Shown piece by piece: positions 1-9,125 of a stretch of DNA of 64,000 nucleotides. The stretch's first letter is position 1, and every line of letters begins with the position of its first letter. The position numbers and the translations under genes are program-made. Source of the DNA: a bacterium (lineage in GTDB: Bacteria; Electryoneota; Electryoneia; Electryoneales; Electryoneaceae); NCBI GenBank assembly GCA_020444425.1, contig JAHLLB010000001.1:266938-330937 (forward strand), in the 5' to 3' direction. The notes beneath the pieces were generated by a model. The model did no database searches. It was not told the origin of the DNA and saw only the letters and a list, made by a program, of their open reading frames with translations.

Positions 1-483
1 AATTAGCCCTATTTTCATTGAAAACTTACCCTTTTCTTCATGTTTAAGCCAATAATGTCCATCGTTGCCTAAAGATCGTTCTCTATCAAAATATTCGTAA
101 TATATCACCTCGTATCTCATTCCACCTGCAACAAAAATATAAGCATTATTGTCTATCGCTTTCGTCAAACCAATAGAACCGCCGATAGTTTCCACCTCTG
201 TATCCCCCCGTACATCATTATAAGTATCGTCAATATAATCCTCATTCAATTTTTCGTAATAGTTGCCTTTGCTAGTAATTGCCGCATATCTTCCATTCAC
301 ACTTGCATACAGTCCTAATTTTCTCGGATGCAAGCTGGAAAAATAGATACCAAACGGCATTGTATTTAAAACCGTTTCAAACCCGAATATGTATTTTATT
401 GTTGGTTCAATCTTTTCTTCGGCACCCAAACAATTGTAAACGTGAGTAAAAACAAGAAATAGAACTATCAGCAGAACTTTCAT
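1..483 (-). CDS. Partial (3' end outside window) secreted protein, probable outer-membrane beta-barrel; low GC
   Basis: Not in the ORF track. ATG at 483 with GGAGGAA RBS. Manual translation MKVLLIVLFLVFTHVYNCLGAEEKIEP... is open to position 1, with a signal peptide and alternating beta-strand patterns (KLGLYASVNG, GGSIGLTKAI, YIFVAGGMRY). Confidence 0.7.
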   Translation of the reverse strand, partial: MKVLLIVLFLVFTHVYNCLGAEEKIEPTIKYIFGFETVLNTMPFGIYFSSLHPRKLGLYASVNGRYAAITSKGNYYEKLNEDYIDDTYNDVRGDTEVETIGGSIGLTKAIDNNAYIFVAGGMRYEVIYYEYFDRERSLGNDGHYWLKHEEKGKFSMKIGLI

Positions 484-501
484 TTCCTCCCCCACATTGC
501 A

Positions 502-1413
502 TCACTCCACGTGCTCAGGGCGTGTTTTCCAGCGTCTGTGCAGCCACAGCCATTGTTCAGGATGGCGGCGAATATAGCTTTCCAGGGTGCGGGTGAGCTC
601 GGCGGTCAGCTCCACGATGTCTCGCTCACGTTCACCGGTGTTCGGAATCTCGACTTCGCGGAAGCGGAAATGGATGCGCCCGTCCTTTTCGCGCCAGCTC
701 TCGAACGCCAGCACTGTCGGCCGCCGCTTGACCGCGAAGGTTGCCACACCACGGAAGGTGGACGCCTGCCGTCCGAAGAACGGAACGAAGACACCGTCCC
801 GGCGTGCGTCCTGATCCATCAGCATCGCGACGATGCGTTTGCGTTTCAGCGCTTCCAACACGCCACGGCCGGCGTCGGTGCGTTTCACAATCTCGATCCC
901 CGCCGCGCGGCGATGGTGGTCGATCAGCTCCTCGATCAGCGGGTTCGACTGTTGCGCGACGACGTACGTGGTGGGATAGCCTTTCCACGCCGCCCACGCA
1001 CCAACCAACTCCCAGTTGCCCAGGTGTCCGCTGACCACGATGCCGCCATGCTCATCGTCCGCAGCCTTCTGGAGGGCGGCAATACTCTCGTCGTCGGTGG
1101 AAACCCACTTGTCGAACGACCCGTCAACCAGCACCGGGATGCGTGCCAGCTCCCCCGCGACGGCGCCGAAATGCGAATACACCTGCCGCACAGTCTTTTT
1201 GCGCCACTCAGGTGTGCTGTCCGGGAAGGCATGCTGCAAATTGTCGAGTGCAACCTCGACGCGGATGTGCAGCAGGTCATGAATCAGGGTGGCGAGGATG
1301 CTGCCCAGGCGTTGCGTGGAACGATGCGGCAGTGCGCGGAAGACAGTCGCGACGAGTTTCGCGGCTGTTTCCTCGAGAATCATCAGCCAACGTGGTTTCT
1401 TGTGACGGCCCAT
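502..1413 (-). CDS. lpxL: Lipid A biosynthesis (lauroyl/myristoyl) acyltransferase, LpxL/HtrB family
   Basis: Motifs GHLGNWE, MLMDQD, VPFFG and PEQWLWLHRRWKT. Confidence 0.9.
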   Translation of the reverse strand: MGRHKKPRWLMILEETAAKLVATVFRALPHRSTQRLGSILATLIHDLLHIRVEVALDNLQHAFPDSTPEWRKKTVRQVYSHFGAVAGELARIPVLVDGSFDKWVSTDDESIAALQKAADDEHGGIVVSGHLGNWELVGAWAAWKGYPTTYVVAQQSNPLIEELIDHHRRAAGIEIVKRTDAGRGVLEALKRKRIVAMLMDQDARRDGVFVPFFGRQASTFRGVATFAVKRRPTVLAFESWREKDGRIHFRFREVEIPNTGERERDIVELTAELTRTLESYIRRHPEQWLWLHRRWKTRPEHVE

Positions 1414-1569
1414 GCGCGTATACTGTCATCTGGTAGATGGTCGTGGCAAGGCAGAACGTAGCAAACGAAGAAGCGGTGGAACTCCTCCCGGGAGCCAACG
1501 GTGCAACGGTGGGAGTTCGACACAACACGCGCAATCAGGCAGGATTCACCCTCACGAACAGACCCGTCC

Positions 1570-3615
1570 ATGAGCCCTCGTGCTATTTTACATCGTGGTT
1601 TGCCGCTGCTGCTGGTCATCGTGCTGGCGGCTTCAATCTTCGCGCAAACTCCGCAACAGCGCAGAAATTCCAACGCACCGCAGAGTTCGCAGCCGGACTC
1701 CCTGCTGTGGCAGACGAAACCGGAAACGCTGCGCATTGACCGCACGTTGCAGCCGGAGCCCATCCGTCCCAATTTTAATCCGTTCCAGAACGTCGAGCAG
1801 AGTACCGAAGAAGCGGCGCAACGGCGGCAATTGTCGCAGCTGAACAATGCCGCACGGCAGTTCGAGTTCATGGGACAGCACGAACGCGCACTCGACATGT
1901 ACCAGCGGATGTACGATATCGATCCGGACAGCCGGCAGGCGTACGACGGCCTGAAACGCACTCTTGGCGCGCTCGGCCAGTGGGACACGTTGGAACTGCT
2001 GATCCGCGAACGGATGGTGAATCCGTCCGGCTGGAGCGACCGTGCCAGCTTGCTCGCGGAACTGGGCGGAGCGTTGTACAAGTCCGGGCAGATGGCGCGT
2101 GCGGACTCGGCATGGGATGCGGCATTAAGCGAATCGCCGGTCTCTGAGCGCAATTACCAGGAAGTCGCGGGTGTGCAACTGAGGCTGCGGCTGATGGAAG
2201 AAGCGATCGACACCTACAAGCTGGGCCGCGAGGATCTTAATCGTCCGACCCTCTACGCCATCAACCTTGCCAGCCTCTACACCGGCATCATGAACTGGAA
2301 GGACGCAACCAGCGAATTCCTGCTCGTTCTGAGGGAGAACGACCGCCGGGTACACTATGTCCGGCGTGGATTGGCCAATTATCCGGACACTCCCGCCGCC
2401 AACGAAGCGGTGATCGAGGGCATCGAGGACGAACTGGACGCGACTCGCAGAAGTGAACCGTGGCCGGGGCACCGTGCGCAATTGCACGAGCTGCTGGTTG
2501 ATCAACGCACCAAGAACGGGCAATACGAGGAAGCTCTGGAAGCGGTCGCGGAACTGGACAATCTGGTCAGTGCGCACGGCGACCGGTTGCTGCGTTTCGC
2601 GGCGGATGCGATCAATGAAGGCTACGAGGATGTTGCCGAGCAGGCGCTGGACATCGCGGCGGAGCGATTGCGTGATCCGGAAGGTGCAGACGTTGTCAAC
2701 CTGATGCGCGCCCAGGTTGCGCAGGTGGAAGAGAATTTCCAGCGCGCGGATTCGTTGTTCACCGTGGTACTCGACCAGCCGGCATCCGCACGTGTCGAAC
2801 GGTCGGCGTTGATGAGCCGTGGGCTGGTCCGGTTGCAGTTCCTCGATCAGGCGAAGGACGCGGCAAAGGATTTCCGTGGTGTGCGCACTCTCGGCTGGCC
2901 CGACTACGACCGCCGGCTGGATTATTACGAAGCGATTGCGCTGGTGCGGATTGACAGCTTGGATGCCGCTTTGATCCCCCTCGAGCGTCCGCTACAACGG
3001 GAACGGCCCGAGAGTGACACCCATGTTGGCTTTGAAACCGAGCAAGGTGTGATCACCGATGCCGACCTGACCCATCTCGCCGCGCGGATCATGCTGTGGC
3101 AGGGTGACAAGGAAGCCGCGTCCACGTTGCTGGATTCGGTGTTGAGCCCACCGGTCGGGGCGTCCGCAGAGAACGAGACGTTACTCCTGCTGCAATTGCT
3201 GACAACAACGCAGGACACAACCGCGCTGGACCTGTACGCCGAGGCCGATCACGCCGGGTTCAAGGGGGATACAGCGCGGGCGTTGACATTGCTCGATTCA
3301 CTGGCTCAGAACGCGGAAACGCCGGAGATGCTGCGCGTCGAAGCGGGCTACAACGCGGCGCTGCTGCGTCTCGATGGCGGTGACACGCAGGCCGTGGTCG
3401 ATTTCGCCAACGCCAACCCGGGCCACCCGAAGGTCGAGGAGGCATGGTACCTGCTCGGGCAGTGGTGGGAAGCGCAAGGCAACGCGAACGAAGCCTCCAT
3501 CGCTTACGAGATGGTGCTGCTTGATTTTCCGGACGGTCTGCTGCAGGCGTTGGCACGACTGCGACTGGAGGAACTGACGCTACAGGAGTTTCTCCCCGAA
3601 CCGGCGGAGGGGTGA
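1570..3615 (+). CDS. Secreted/periplasmic tetratricopeptide repeat protein
   Basis: Signal peptide after ATG 1570 and many TPR-like helical repeats (e.g. EAWYLLGQWWEAQGNANEASIAYEMVLLDFP). Confidence 0.8.
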   Translation: MSPRAILHRGLPLLLVIVLAASIFAQTPQQRRNSNAPQSSQPDSLLWQTKPETLRIDRTLQPEPIRPNFNPFQNVEQSTEEAAQRRQLSQLNNAARQFEFMGQHERALDMYQRMYDIDPDSRQAYDGLKRTLGALGQWDTLELLIRERMVNPSGWSDRASLLAELGGALYKSGQMARADSAWDAALSESPVSERNYQEVAGVQLRLRLMEEAIDTYKLGREDLNRPTLYAINLASLYTGIMNWKDATSEFLLVLRENDRRVHYVRRGLANYPDTPAANEAVIEGIEDELDATRRSEPWPGHRAQLHELLVDQRTKNGQYEEALEAVAELDNLVSAHGDRLLRFAADAINEGYEDVAEQALDIAAERLRDPEGADVVNLMRAQVAQVEENFQRADSLFTVVLDQPASARVERSALMSRGLVRLQFLDQAKDAAKDFRGVRTLGWPDYDRRLDYYEAIALVRIDSLDAALIPLERPLQRERPESDTHVGFETEQGVITDADLTHLAARIMLWQGDKEAASTLLDSVLSPPVGASAENETLLLLQLLTTTQDTTALDLYAEADHAGFKGDTARALTLLDSLAQNAETPEMLRVEAGYNAALLRLDGGDTQAVVDFANANPGHPKVEEAWYLLGQWWEAQGNANEASIAYEMVLLDFPDGLLQALARLRLEELTLQEFLPEPAEG

Positions 3616-3695
3616 GGCGGCAAGCGGTATACGGTTGTCGGTAGGTGGTTGTCCGTGATCGGTGAACGGTTGATGATAGATGAAATACGATGTCG

Positions 3696-3770
3696 CCCGG
3701 GCTGAAGCCCAAGGGCGTGTGTGCTGTGGGTTCCTGACTTACGGACAATCCCGGGCTGAAGCCCGAGGGC
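3696..3770. repeat. Two copies of a REP-like palindrome CCCGGGCTGAAGCCC(A/G)AGGGC
   Basis: Direct copies at 3696-3716 and 3750-3770, each a short hairpin with a TGAA centre. Confidence 0.7.
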
Positions 3771-3865
3771 AAGAATAGATACCCCAGAAGCGATGTTCTC
3801 CAGATAGCGATGTGCTCCGGATTGGTATGTGCCCCTGATGGCTTTGCCAGCAGGGATTATCCGCA

Positions 3866-4760
3866 CAGATGTCCCCCGCGCAGGAAAGGGGACATGTGAA
3901 CGGATTCATGTCCTCAATTCGAGTGGGTCTGCTGAAGAGATTATAGTCCTTTTCCGATGTGTGGCGCGTCAAGCCGTTCACTTGTCCCCGTCTGGATTGA
4001 GCTGACAGGGGGACAACTGTGGCACAAACCGGTCCCCACACCCTATCCACCCCCGCTATCGACTTGGTCACTCAGATGTCCCCCGCGCAGGAAAGGGGAC
4101 ATGTGAACGGATACATGTCCTTAATTCGAGTGAGTCTGCTGTAGAGATTGTAGTCCTTTTTGCGATGTGTGGCGCGTCAAGCCGTTCACTTGTCCCCGTC
4201 TGGATTGAGCTGACAGGGGGACAACTGTGGCACAAACCGGTCCCCACACCCTATCCACCCCTCAATCGACTTGGTCACTCACACCGATCCGACAGCATCC
4301 AATGCCACAGATGTCCCCCGCGCAGGAAAGGGGACATGTGAACGGATACACGACCTTAATTCGAGTGAGTCTGCTGTAGAGATTGTAGTCCTTTTTGCGA
4401 TGTGTGGTGCGTCAAGCCGTTCACTTGTCCCCGTCTGGATTGAGCTGACAGGGGGACAACTGTGGCACAAACCGGTCCCCACACCCTATCCACCCCCGCT
4501 ATCGACTTGGTCACTCAGATGTCCCCCGCGCAGGAAAGGGGACATGTGAACGGATACATGTCCTTAATTCGAGTGAGTCTGCTGTAGAGATTGTAGTCCT
4601 TTTTGCGATGTGTGGCGCGTCAAGCCGTTCACTTGTCCCCGTCTGGATTGAGCTGACAGGGGGACAACTGTGGCACAAACCGGTCCCCACACCCTATCCA
4701 CCCCTCAATCGACTTGGTCACTCACACCGATCCGACAGCATCCAATGCCACAGATGTCCC
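3866..4760. repeat. Tandem array of four near-identical 207-235 bp units, each a REP doublet (REPIN/BIME-like)
   Basis: Unit starts (CAGATGTCCC) at 3866, 4073, 4308, 4516 and a partial at 4751, giving periods of 207/235/208/235. Each unit holds two inverted hairpins. Confidence 0.9.
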
Positions 4761-4767
4761 TCGACAG

Positions 4768-4799
4768 TAAAAAGCCCGGCATCACATGGATGCCGGGCT
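4768..4799 (-). terminator. Rho-independent terminator downstream of the 4866-6527 gene
   Basis: AGCCCGGCATC-ACATG-GATGCCGGGCT stem-loop with an A-run on its left (U-tail on the minus strand). Confidence 0.75.
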
Positions 4800-4865
4800 G
4801 GATGTCTTACTGAGTACTGCGCACTGACCACTGATCACTGACAACTGAGTACTGGCAACTGTCCC

Positions 4866-6527
4866 TTACCGCACCAGCATAACCTTCTGCGTGGCGTTCA
4901 GCTTGCCCGGAACGGTCGCACGGACGAAGTACAGGCCGCTCGCCAGGTTGTGCGCGTCGAACGTCAGCTTGTGCTCACCGGCGGTGTAGCGGCCGTTCGC
5001 CAGCTCGGTCACCAGCTGTCCGGTCACGTTGTACACCTGCACCTTGAGATCCGAAGCTTCCGGCAACGCGACGGCCACGGTGGTCGACGGGTTGAACGGG
5101 TTCGGGTACGCGCTTCCGATCGCAAATTCGGTCGGCAGGCTGACGAGCTCGCCGTTGGCATCAGCAGCCAATTCCGCGAAACGATCCGCGCCCGTGGCTG
5201 TCCAGTCTTCCGGGTTGAAGTCAAACTCGGCGTCCGAGGTCGGACCTTCCTTGAGGACATAGAACTGGTCCGTCATCTGGAAGCTCGGGTTGGTGTACGA
5301 TCCGACGTACGCCGTGAACCAGTAGCCACCGCCCGGCGCGAGATCCGGGAAGTACTGGGTCATATCCAGCACCTCAAAGTTGAACATCGCGGGGATGGTG
5401 AAGTTGATCCTGCTGACTGGACCAAACAGCTGGCCGTTCGGGAACAGGATCTCGGTCCAGTACGAACCATTCGGGAACGGCTGCGCGATCTGACCGGTGA
5501 AGTACACGTCATAGACCACATCACCGCCGCCTGCAGGCACCACCGAAGTCTGCGGAATCAGGTTGAAGATGATGCCTTCCGGATCGGTATCCGCGAGCAC
5601 GCCGACATTATCCACACCAGCGTACCAGCCCCAGCTGCCGAGGTCATCGTAGTACCAGCTGAACATGACCGCGTCTGCGCCGAAAACGTCGTCGGTCACA
5701 TCAAACGAGGCGGTCAGGTTGCCACCGGTATCGCCGTCGACGGTGAAGATGACGGTCCAGTTCGCACCGGAATCCAGCGACCACGCTGTTTCCATCATTT
5801 CGGTTTCGTATTCCTGGAAGTAGTACTCATAGCTGAGCACAACCCCGGCGGCGTCGGTGATGTCCACATCCGGCGTCAGCAACCGCTCCATCAGGTGCAC
5901 GCTGCTGCCCGGGTAGTCGGAGTCAACGAGCATGTACGGCGTCGAGAACAAACCACGGGAATTCGGGATCGTGCCATCATCGACCGTCCAGGTGCCCGAC
6001 GCAACCGTCGTTTCCACCGCCCAGTCCGTCGGGAAACCGTCGTCGAAATCTTCCAGCAACGCCCAGTCCGCCGGATCGAACCAGATCATGGTCACCGGGC
6101 CGGCCGGGGTCGATTCACCGTCCGTGTAGTATGCGGTCACTTCGTAGTCGTAGGAACCGTAGTCCGGCAGCAGGTCGAAGTAAGTTTCGTCCGTTGCGGC
6201 ACCGATGAATTCACCTTCACGGTAAACGCGGTATTCGACGAACTCTTCGAGATCGTCCGTGTTGTTCCACTGCTGCATCGCCTGATTCCAGAGACGCGGG
6301 TCGATCCGGAAACGCGGGGTGCGCTTCTGATCGTCAGCCGTGTCGACTTCCGGTTCAAACACATTCTGCTGCAGCACGGCATCCGTGGCGACAGGAGCCG
6401 ACCATGTCAGCGTGACGCCACCGGTATTCTGATCAATTGTTCCGGACAGATTGGTCGGCGGGTTCTGCGCGAACGCAGGCGCGACACACAGTGCCAGCAG
6501 CAACAACCCCAACATCGTTTTTTTCAT
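4866..6527 (-). CDS. Secreted protein with FnIII-like and jelly-roll-like domains and a T9SS type-A-like C-terminal sorting domain
   Basis: Signal peptide (APAFA|Q), FnIII-like 'PPTNL...VTLTW...YRVYR...YDYEVTA', CTD '[12 protein letters not shown]...KVMLVR', RBS GGAGGGAG. Confidence 0.85.
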   Translation of the reverse strand: MKKTMLGLLLLALCVAPAFAQNPPTNLSGTIDQNTGGVTLTWSAPVATDAVLQQNVFEPEVDTADDQKRTPRFRIDPRLWNQAMQQWNNTDDLEEFVEYRVYREGEFIGAATDETYFDLLPDYGSYDYEVTAYYTDGESTPAGPVTMIWFDPADWALLEDFDDGFPTDWAVETTVASGTWTVDDGTIPNSRGLFSTPYMLVDSDYPGSSVHLMERLLTPDVDITDAAGVVLSYEYYFQEYETEMMETAWSLDSGANWTVIFTVDGDTGGNLTASFDVTDDVFGADAVMFSWYYDDLGSWGWYAGVDNVGVLADTDPEGIIFNLIPQTSVVPAGGGDVVYDVYFTGQIAQPFPNGSYWTEILFPNGQLFGPVSRINFTIPAMFNFEVLDMTQYFPDLAPGGGYWFTAYVGSYTNPSFQMTDQFYVLKEGPTSDAEFDFNPEDWTATGADRFAELAADANGELVSLPTEFAIGSAYPNPFNPSTTVAVALPEASDLKVQVYNVTGQLVTELANGRYTAGEHKLTFDAHNLASGLYFVRATVPGKLNATQKVMLVR

Positions 6528-6740
6528 CCTGTGCTCCCTCCCAGCTTGTCACGGGCGCCATCTGATTGGACAACAGCGGGACCGTGCTATGTCAACGTTA
6601 CATGTGTGTGCGATCTGAATCGGTACGACAACCAGAGGTGAGGACAGAGCTCGCCCCCGTTCATTTCCGACGTGTAAATATACCGCATCTGCAGTGCGAT
6701 AAAAACCTGGAATTCGAATTCTCTGAAATTCTCTCAGTAC

Positions 6741-6767
6741 AAAAGGCCGGGCTCCGAGGCCCGGCCT
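6741..6767 (-). terminator. Rho-independent terminator downstream of the 6802-8637 gene
   Basis: AGGCCGGGC-TCCGAG-GCCCGGCCT hairpin preceded by AAAA on the plus strand. Confidence 0.7.
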
Positions 6768-6801
6768 GTGATAGGATCAATCGAAATGTAACAGCCCGTG
6801 A

Positions 6802-8637
6802 TTAGCGGACGAGCATCACTTTCTGGGTCGCGTTCAACTGGCCCGGGACCATCGCGCGGATGAAATACAGCCCGCTGGCGAGGTTGGACGCGTCAAACGT
6901 CAGGTTGTGCTGACCGGCGCCGAACTGGCCGTTCGCGATCTCGGCCACCTGCTGCCCGGCGACATTGTACGCAACAACCGTCAGGTCCGCCGTTTCCGGC
7001 AACGCGATGTTGAGCGTCGTCGTCGGGTTGAACGGGTTCGGGTAGGCTGCGTTCAGAGCATATTCGCTCGGCAGCGTTTCGTTGCTGCTCAGGTCGGCCG
7101 TTTCGCTGGCGACCGGCCTGGCGACCCATTCGTATCCGTTCAGCGGGAAGATATCGCCGCTGATGTCCGCGTTCTGAGCGGGCACCACTTCAAACTCGAA
7201 GCAGTCGGTCACATACTCGTTGGCGACATCAACACCAACGCAGAGGGTAAAGAATCCCGGAGGTGCGCCGTTCACAGCCTGGTTCAGGGTGAGGTCGAAA
7301 ATGTTGCCGGAAACGTACGTGAACTGCTCCTTGCTGATGTTGTATTCACGGCCGTTCTGCAGGATCGCGTAGATCCAATACTGCGCAAGCAGGTTGCCGG
7401 TCGTGTTGGTCGCGGTGAAGTACAGGTCGTAGTCGAACGTGCCACCCTGCGGAACCTGCAGCGGGTCCGCGGACGGGGTCAGGTCGAGAACGAGACCGTA
7501 CACCGAGCTGTTCATGTCCCAGAAACCGACACGGGCCGCGTAGTGCGCCACACCGACCAGTTCAATGTCGTCATCCATGTCGATGTTCGCCGCAGCAACC
7601 GCGCTCGCGCCGTTGTACAGGATCGAGATGACATGCTTCTGGTAGTTGTGATCGCCGAGGTTTTCCCACCAAGCGACTTCGTCGTCACCCAGCGCTGCGC
7701 CGTAGATGTCCAGGTCGCCGTCACCGTCCATGTCCGCCACGCCGATATCCATTACGCCGTAGAAGCCCCAGGAGATGTCGATACGGTCCCAGCTTGAACC
7801 AGTGCCGCTGAAGTTTTCGAACACCGATACGGTGCTGCCGTCGCCAACATCACCACAGGCGACGAGGTCCAGGTCGCCGTCGCCGTTCAGGTCGCCGACG
7901 TCGATAGCCTTAGGATGCTCGTAGTTGTTCCCAACGGAGAAGTGCTGCCAGTTGGTGCCGTTGCTGCCGATGGACAAATCGTTCCACCAGGCGATTCCGT
8001 TGGCACGCGCGCTGACGATGTCCGTCCGGCCGTCACCGTTGAAGTCACCCTTGGCAATGCCGACACGCTGGAATTCGTTGAAATCGGCGTCGGTACGGTT
8101 CCAGTACGAGACACCGTCGCCCGGATTACGGAACCAGCCGATCTGGGAACCGGCAATCGCGGCGTCGAGGTCGCCGTCGCTGTCCATGTCGAACAGTTCG
8201 ATCTGCCACGGCATCCCCATGTTGCCCTGGGCCTGGTCGCTGATCACGTGATCGGTCCACACGGACGCGTCGCCGTTGTCGTTGGACAACCAGCCGGCGC
8301 GATGATCGGCCGGACCGTAGCCCTCACGGGCGTAGGCGATGTCGATGTTGCCGTCGGCGTCGATGTCGTCGAGATCGACACGCACGAGACCCGGCATGTT
8401 GGTCAGGATGTCATGCTGGGTGTACTGCGCGTCACCATCATTTTCCCACCAGCTCAATGTGCCGCCGTAATACGTGGTGGTCACGAGATCCGGGAAGGTG
8501 TCACCATTGAGGTCGGCCACCTGTACGTCAATCGGGCCGTCCATGTTGTTTCCTACCGCCATATACCCCCAGTCCTGCGCGGACGCGATGGACGCGACCA
8601 GCAGCAAGGGCAGGCAAAACGCGACTACTTTTTTCAT
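6802..8637 (-). CDS. Secreted FG-GAP/VCBS beta-propeller protein with T9SS-like CTD
   Basis: Start moved to ATG 8637 (GGAGG RBS, signal peptide MKKVVAF...ASA|Q). Seven DxxGDGxxD-type repeats. CTD AAYPNPFNPTTT...KVMLVR. Confidence 0.88.
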   Translation of the reverse strand: MKKVVAFCLPLLLVASIASAQDWGYMAVGNNMDGPIDVQVADLNGDTFPDLVTTTYYGGTLSWWENDGDAQYTQHDILTNMPGLVRVDLDDIDADGNIDIAYAREGYGPADHRAGWLSNDNGDASVWTDHVISDQAQGNMGMPWQIELFDMDSDGDLDAAIAGSQIGWFRNPGDGVSYWNRTDADFNEFQRVGIAKGDFNGDGRTDIVSARANGIAWWNDLSIGSNGTNWQHFSVGNNYEHPKAIDVGDLNGDGDLDLVACGDVGDGSTVSVFENFSGTGSSWDRIDISWGFYGVMDIGVADMDGDGDLDIYGAALGDDEVAWWENLGDHNYQKHVISILYNGASAVAAANIDMDDDIELVGVAHYAARVGFWDMNSSVYGLVLDLTPSADPLQVPQGGTFDYDLYFTATNTTGNLLAQYWIYAILQNGREYNISKEQFTYVSGNIFDLTLNQAVNGAPPGFFTLCVGVDVANEYVTDCFEFEVVPAQNADISGDIFPLNGYEWVARPVASETADLSSNETLPSEYALNAAYPNPFNPTTTLNIALPETADLTVVAYNVAGQQVAEIANGQFGAGQHNLTFDASNLASGLYFIRAMVPGQLNATQKVMLVR

Positions 8638-9125
8638 TGCGATCCTCCATGACTGTGAAAAAGCCGGCAGCAGCCCGCAACAGGCTGGACCGGTGGATGT
8701 ACGTGTTTCGGCAAAGATGCGCGAATTTGTTTGAAAGCTACCCCTCTCTCGACTCCAAAGTTCCAACCGGAGTCCCCGAGAGTCAGGCAAACCTAACTTC
8801 GAAATGTTTCCGCACCATGCAGGCTGTGTGGTGAACAAGTACACGGGGGATGTACGAATCCTCTCTTACAACGACAGGGTGTGAAAACGGCTGGTAGTTT
8901 ATGATTCTTTCATCATACTTATGATACTCCTGTTTGTGATAGAATTTGTAGAAATTCGCCGTTTGTGACCTGTGTCACAGCGGCTCCCGCCAAAGCGGGG
9001 TTGGGTTCTTACCCGTGTCGATATGGCCTGATTTCGGGCTCAATTTCGCAGGCGCTAGTAGTAACTACAACCGGCATTTAGTTGTTGTCAACGGACACGG
9101 GTGGAGCATGCGAGATTTTTGGGGT

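Noticed and set aside
511-1461. 316-aa plus-strand ORF
   Set aside because: Antisense shadow of lpxL, typical of high-GC DNA.
3866-4760. CRISPR array
   Set aside because: The units are over 200 bp and identical throughout, with no unique spacers and no cas genes.
3739-4841. Short ORFs within the repeat array
   Set aside because: They are products of the repeated palindromic DNA, with no RBS or protein-like features and inconsistent frames between units.
4950-6641. 563-aa plus-strand ORF, and similar long antisense ORFs at 32471-33598, 33956-35317, 51572-52786 and 53796-54980
   Set aside because: Antisense shadows of well-supported genes; no motifs.
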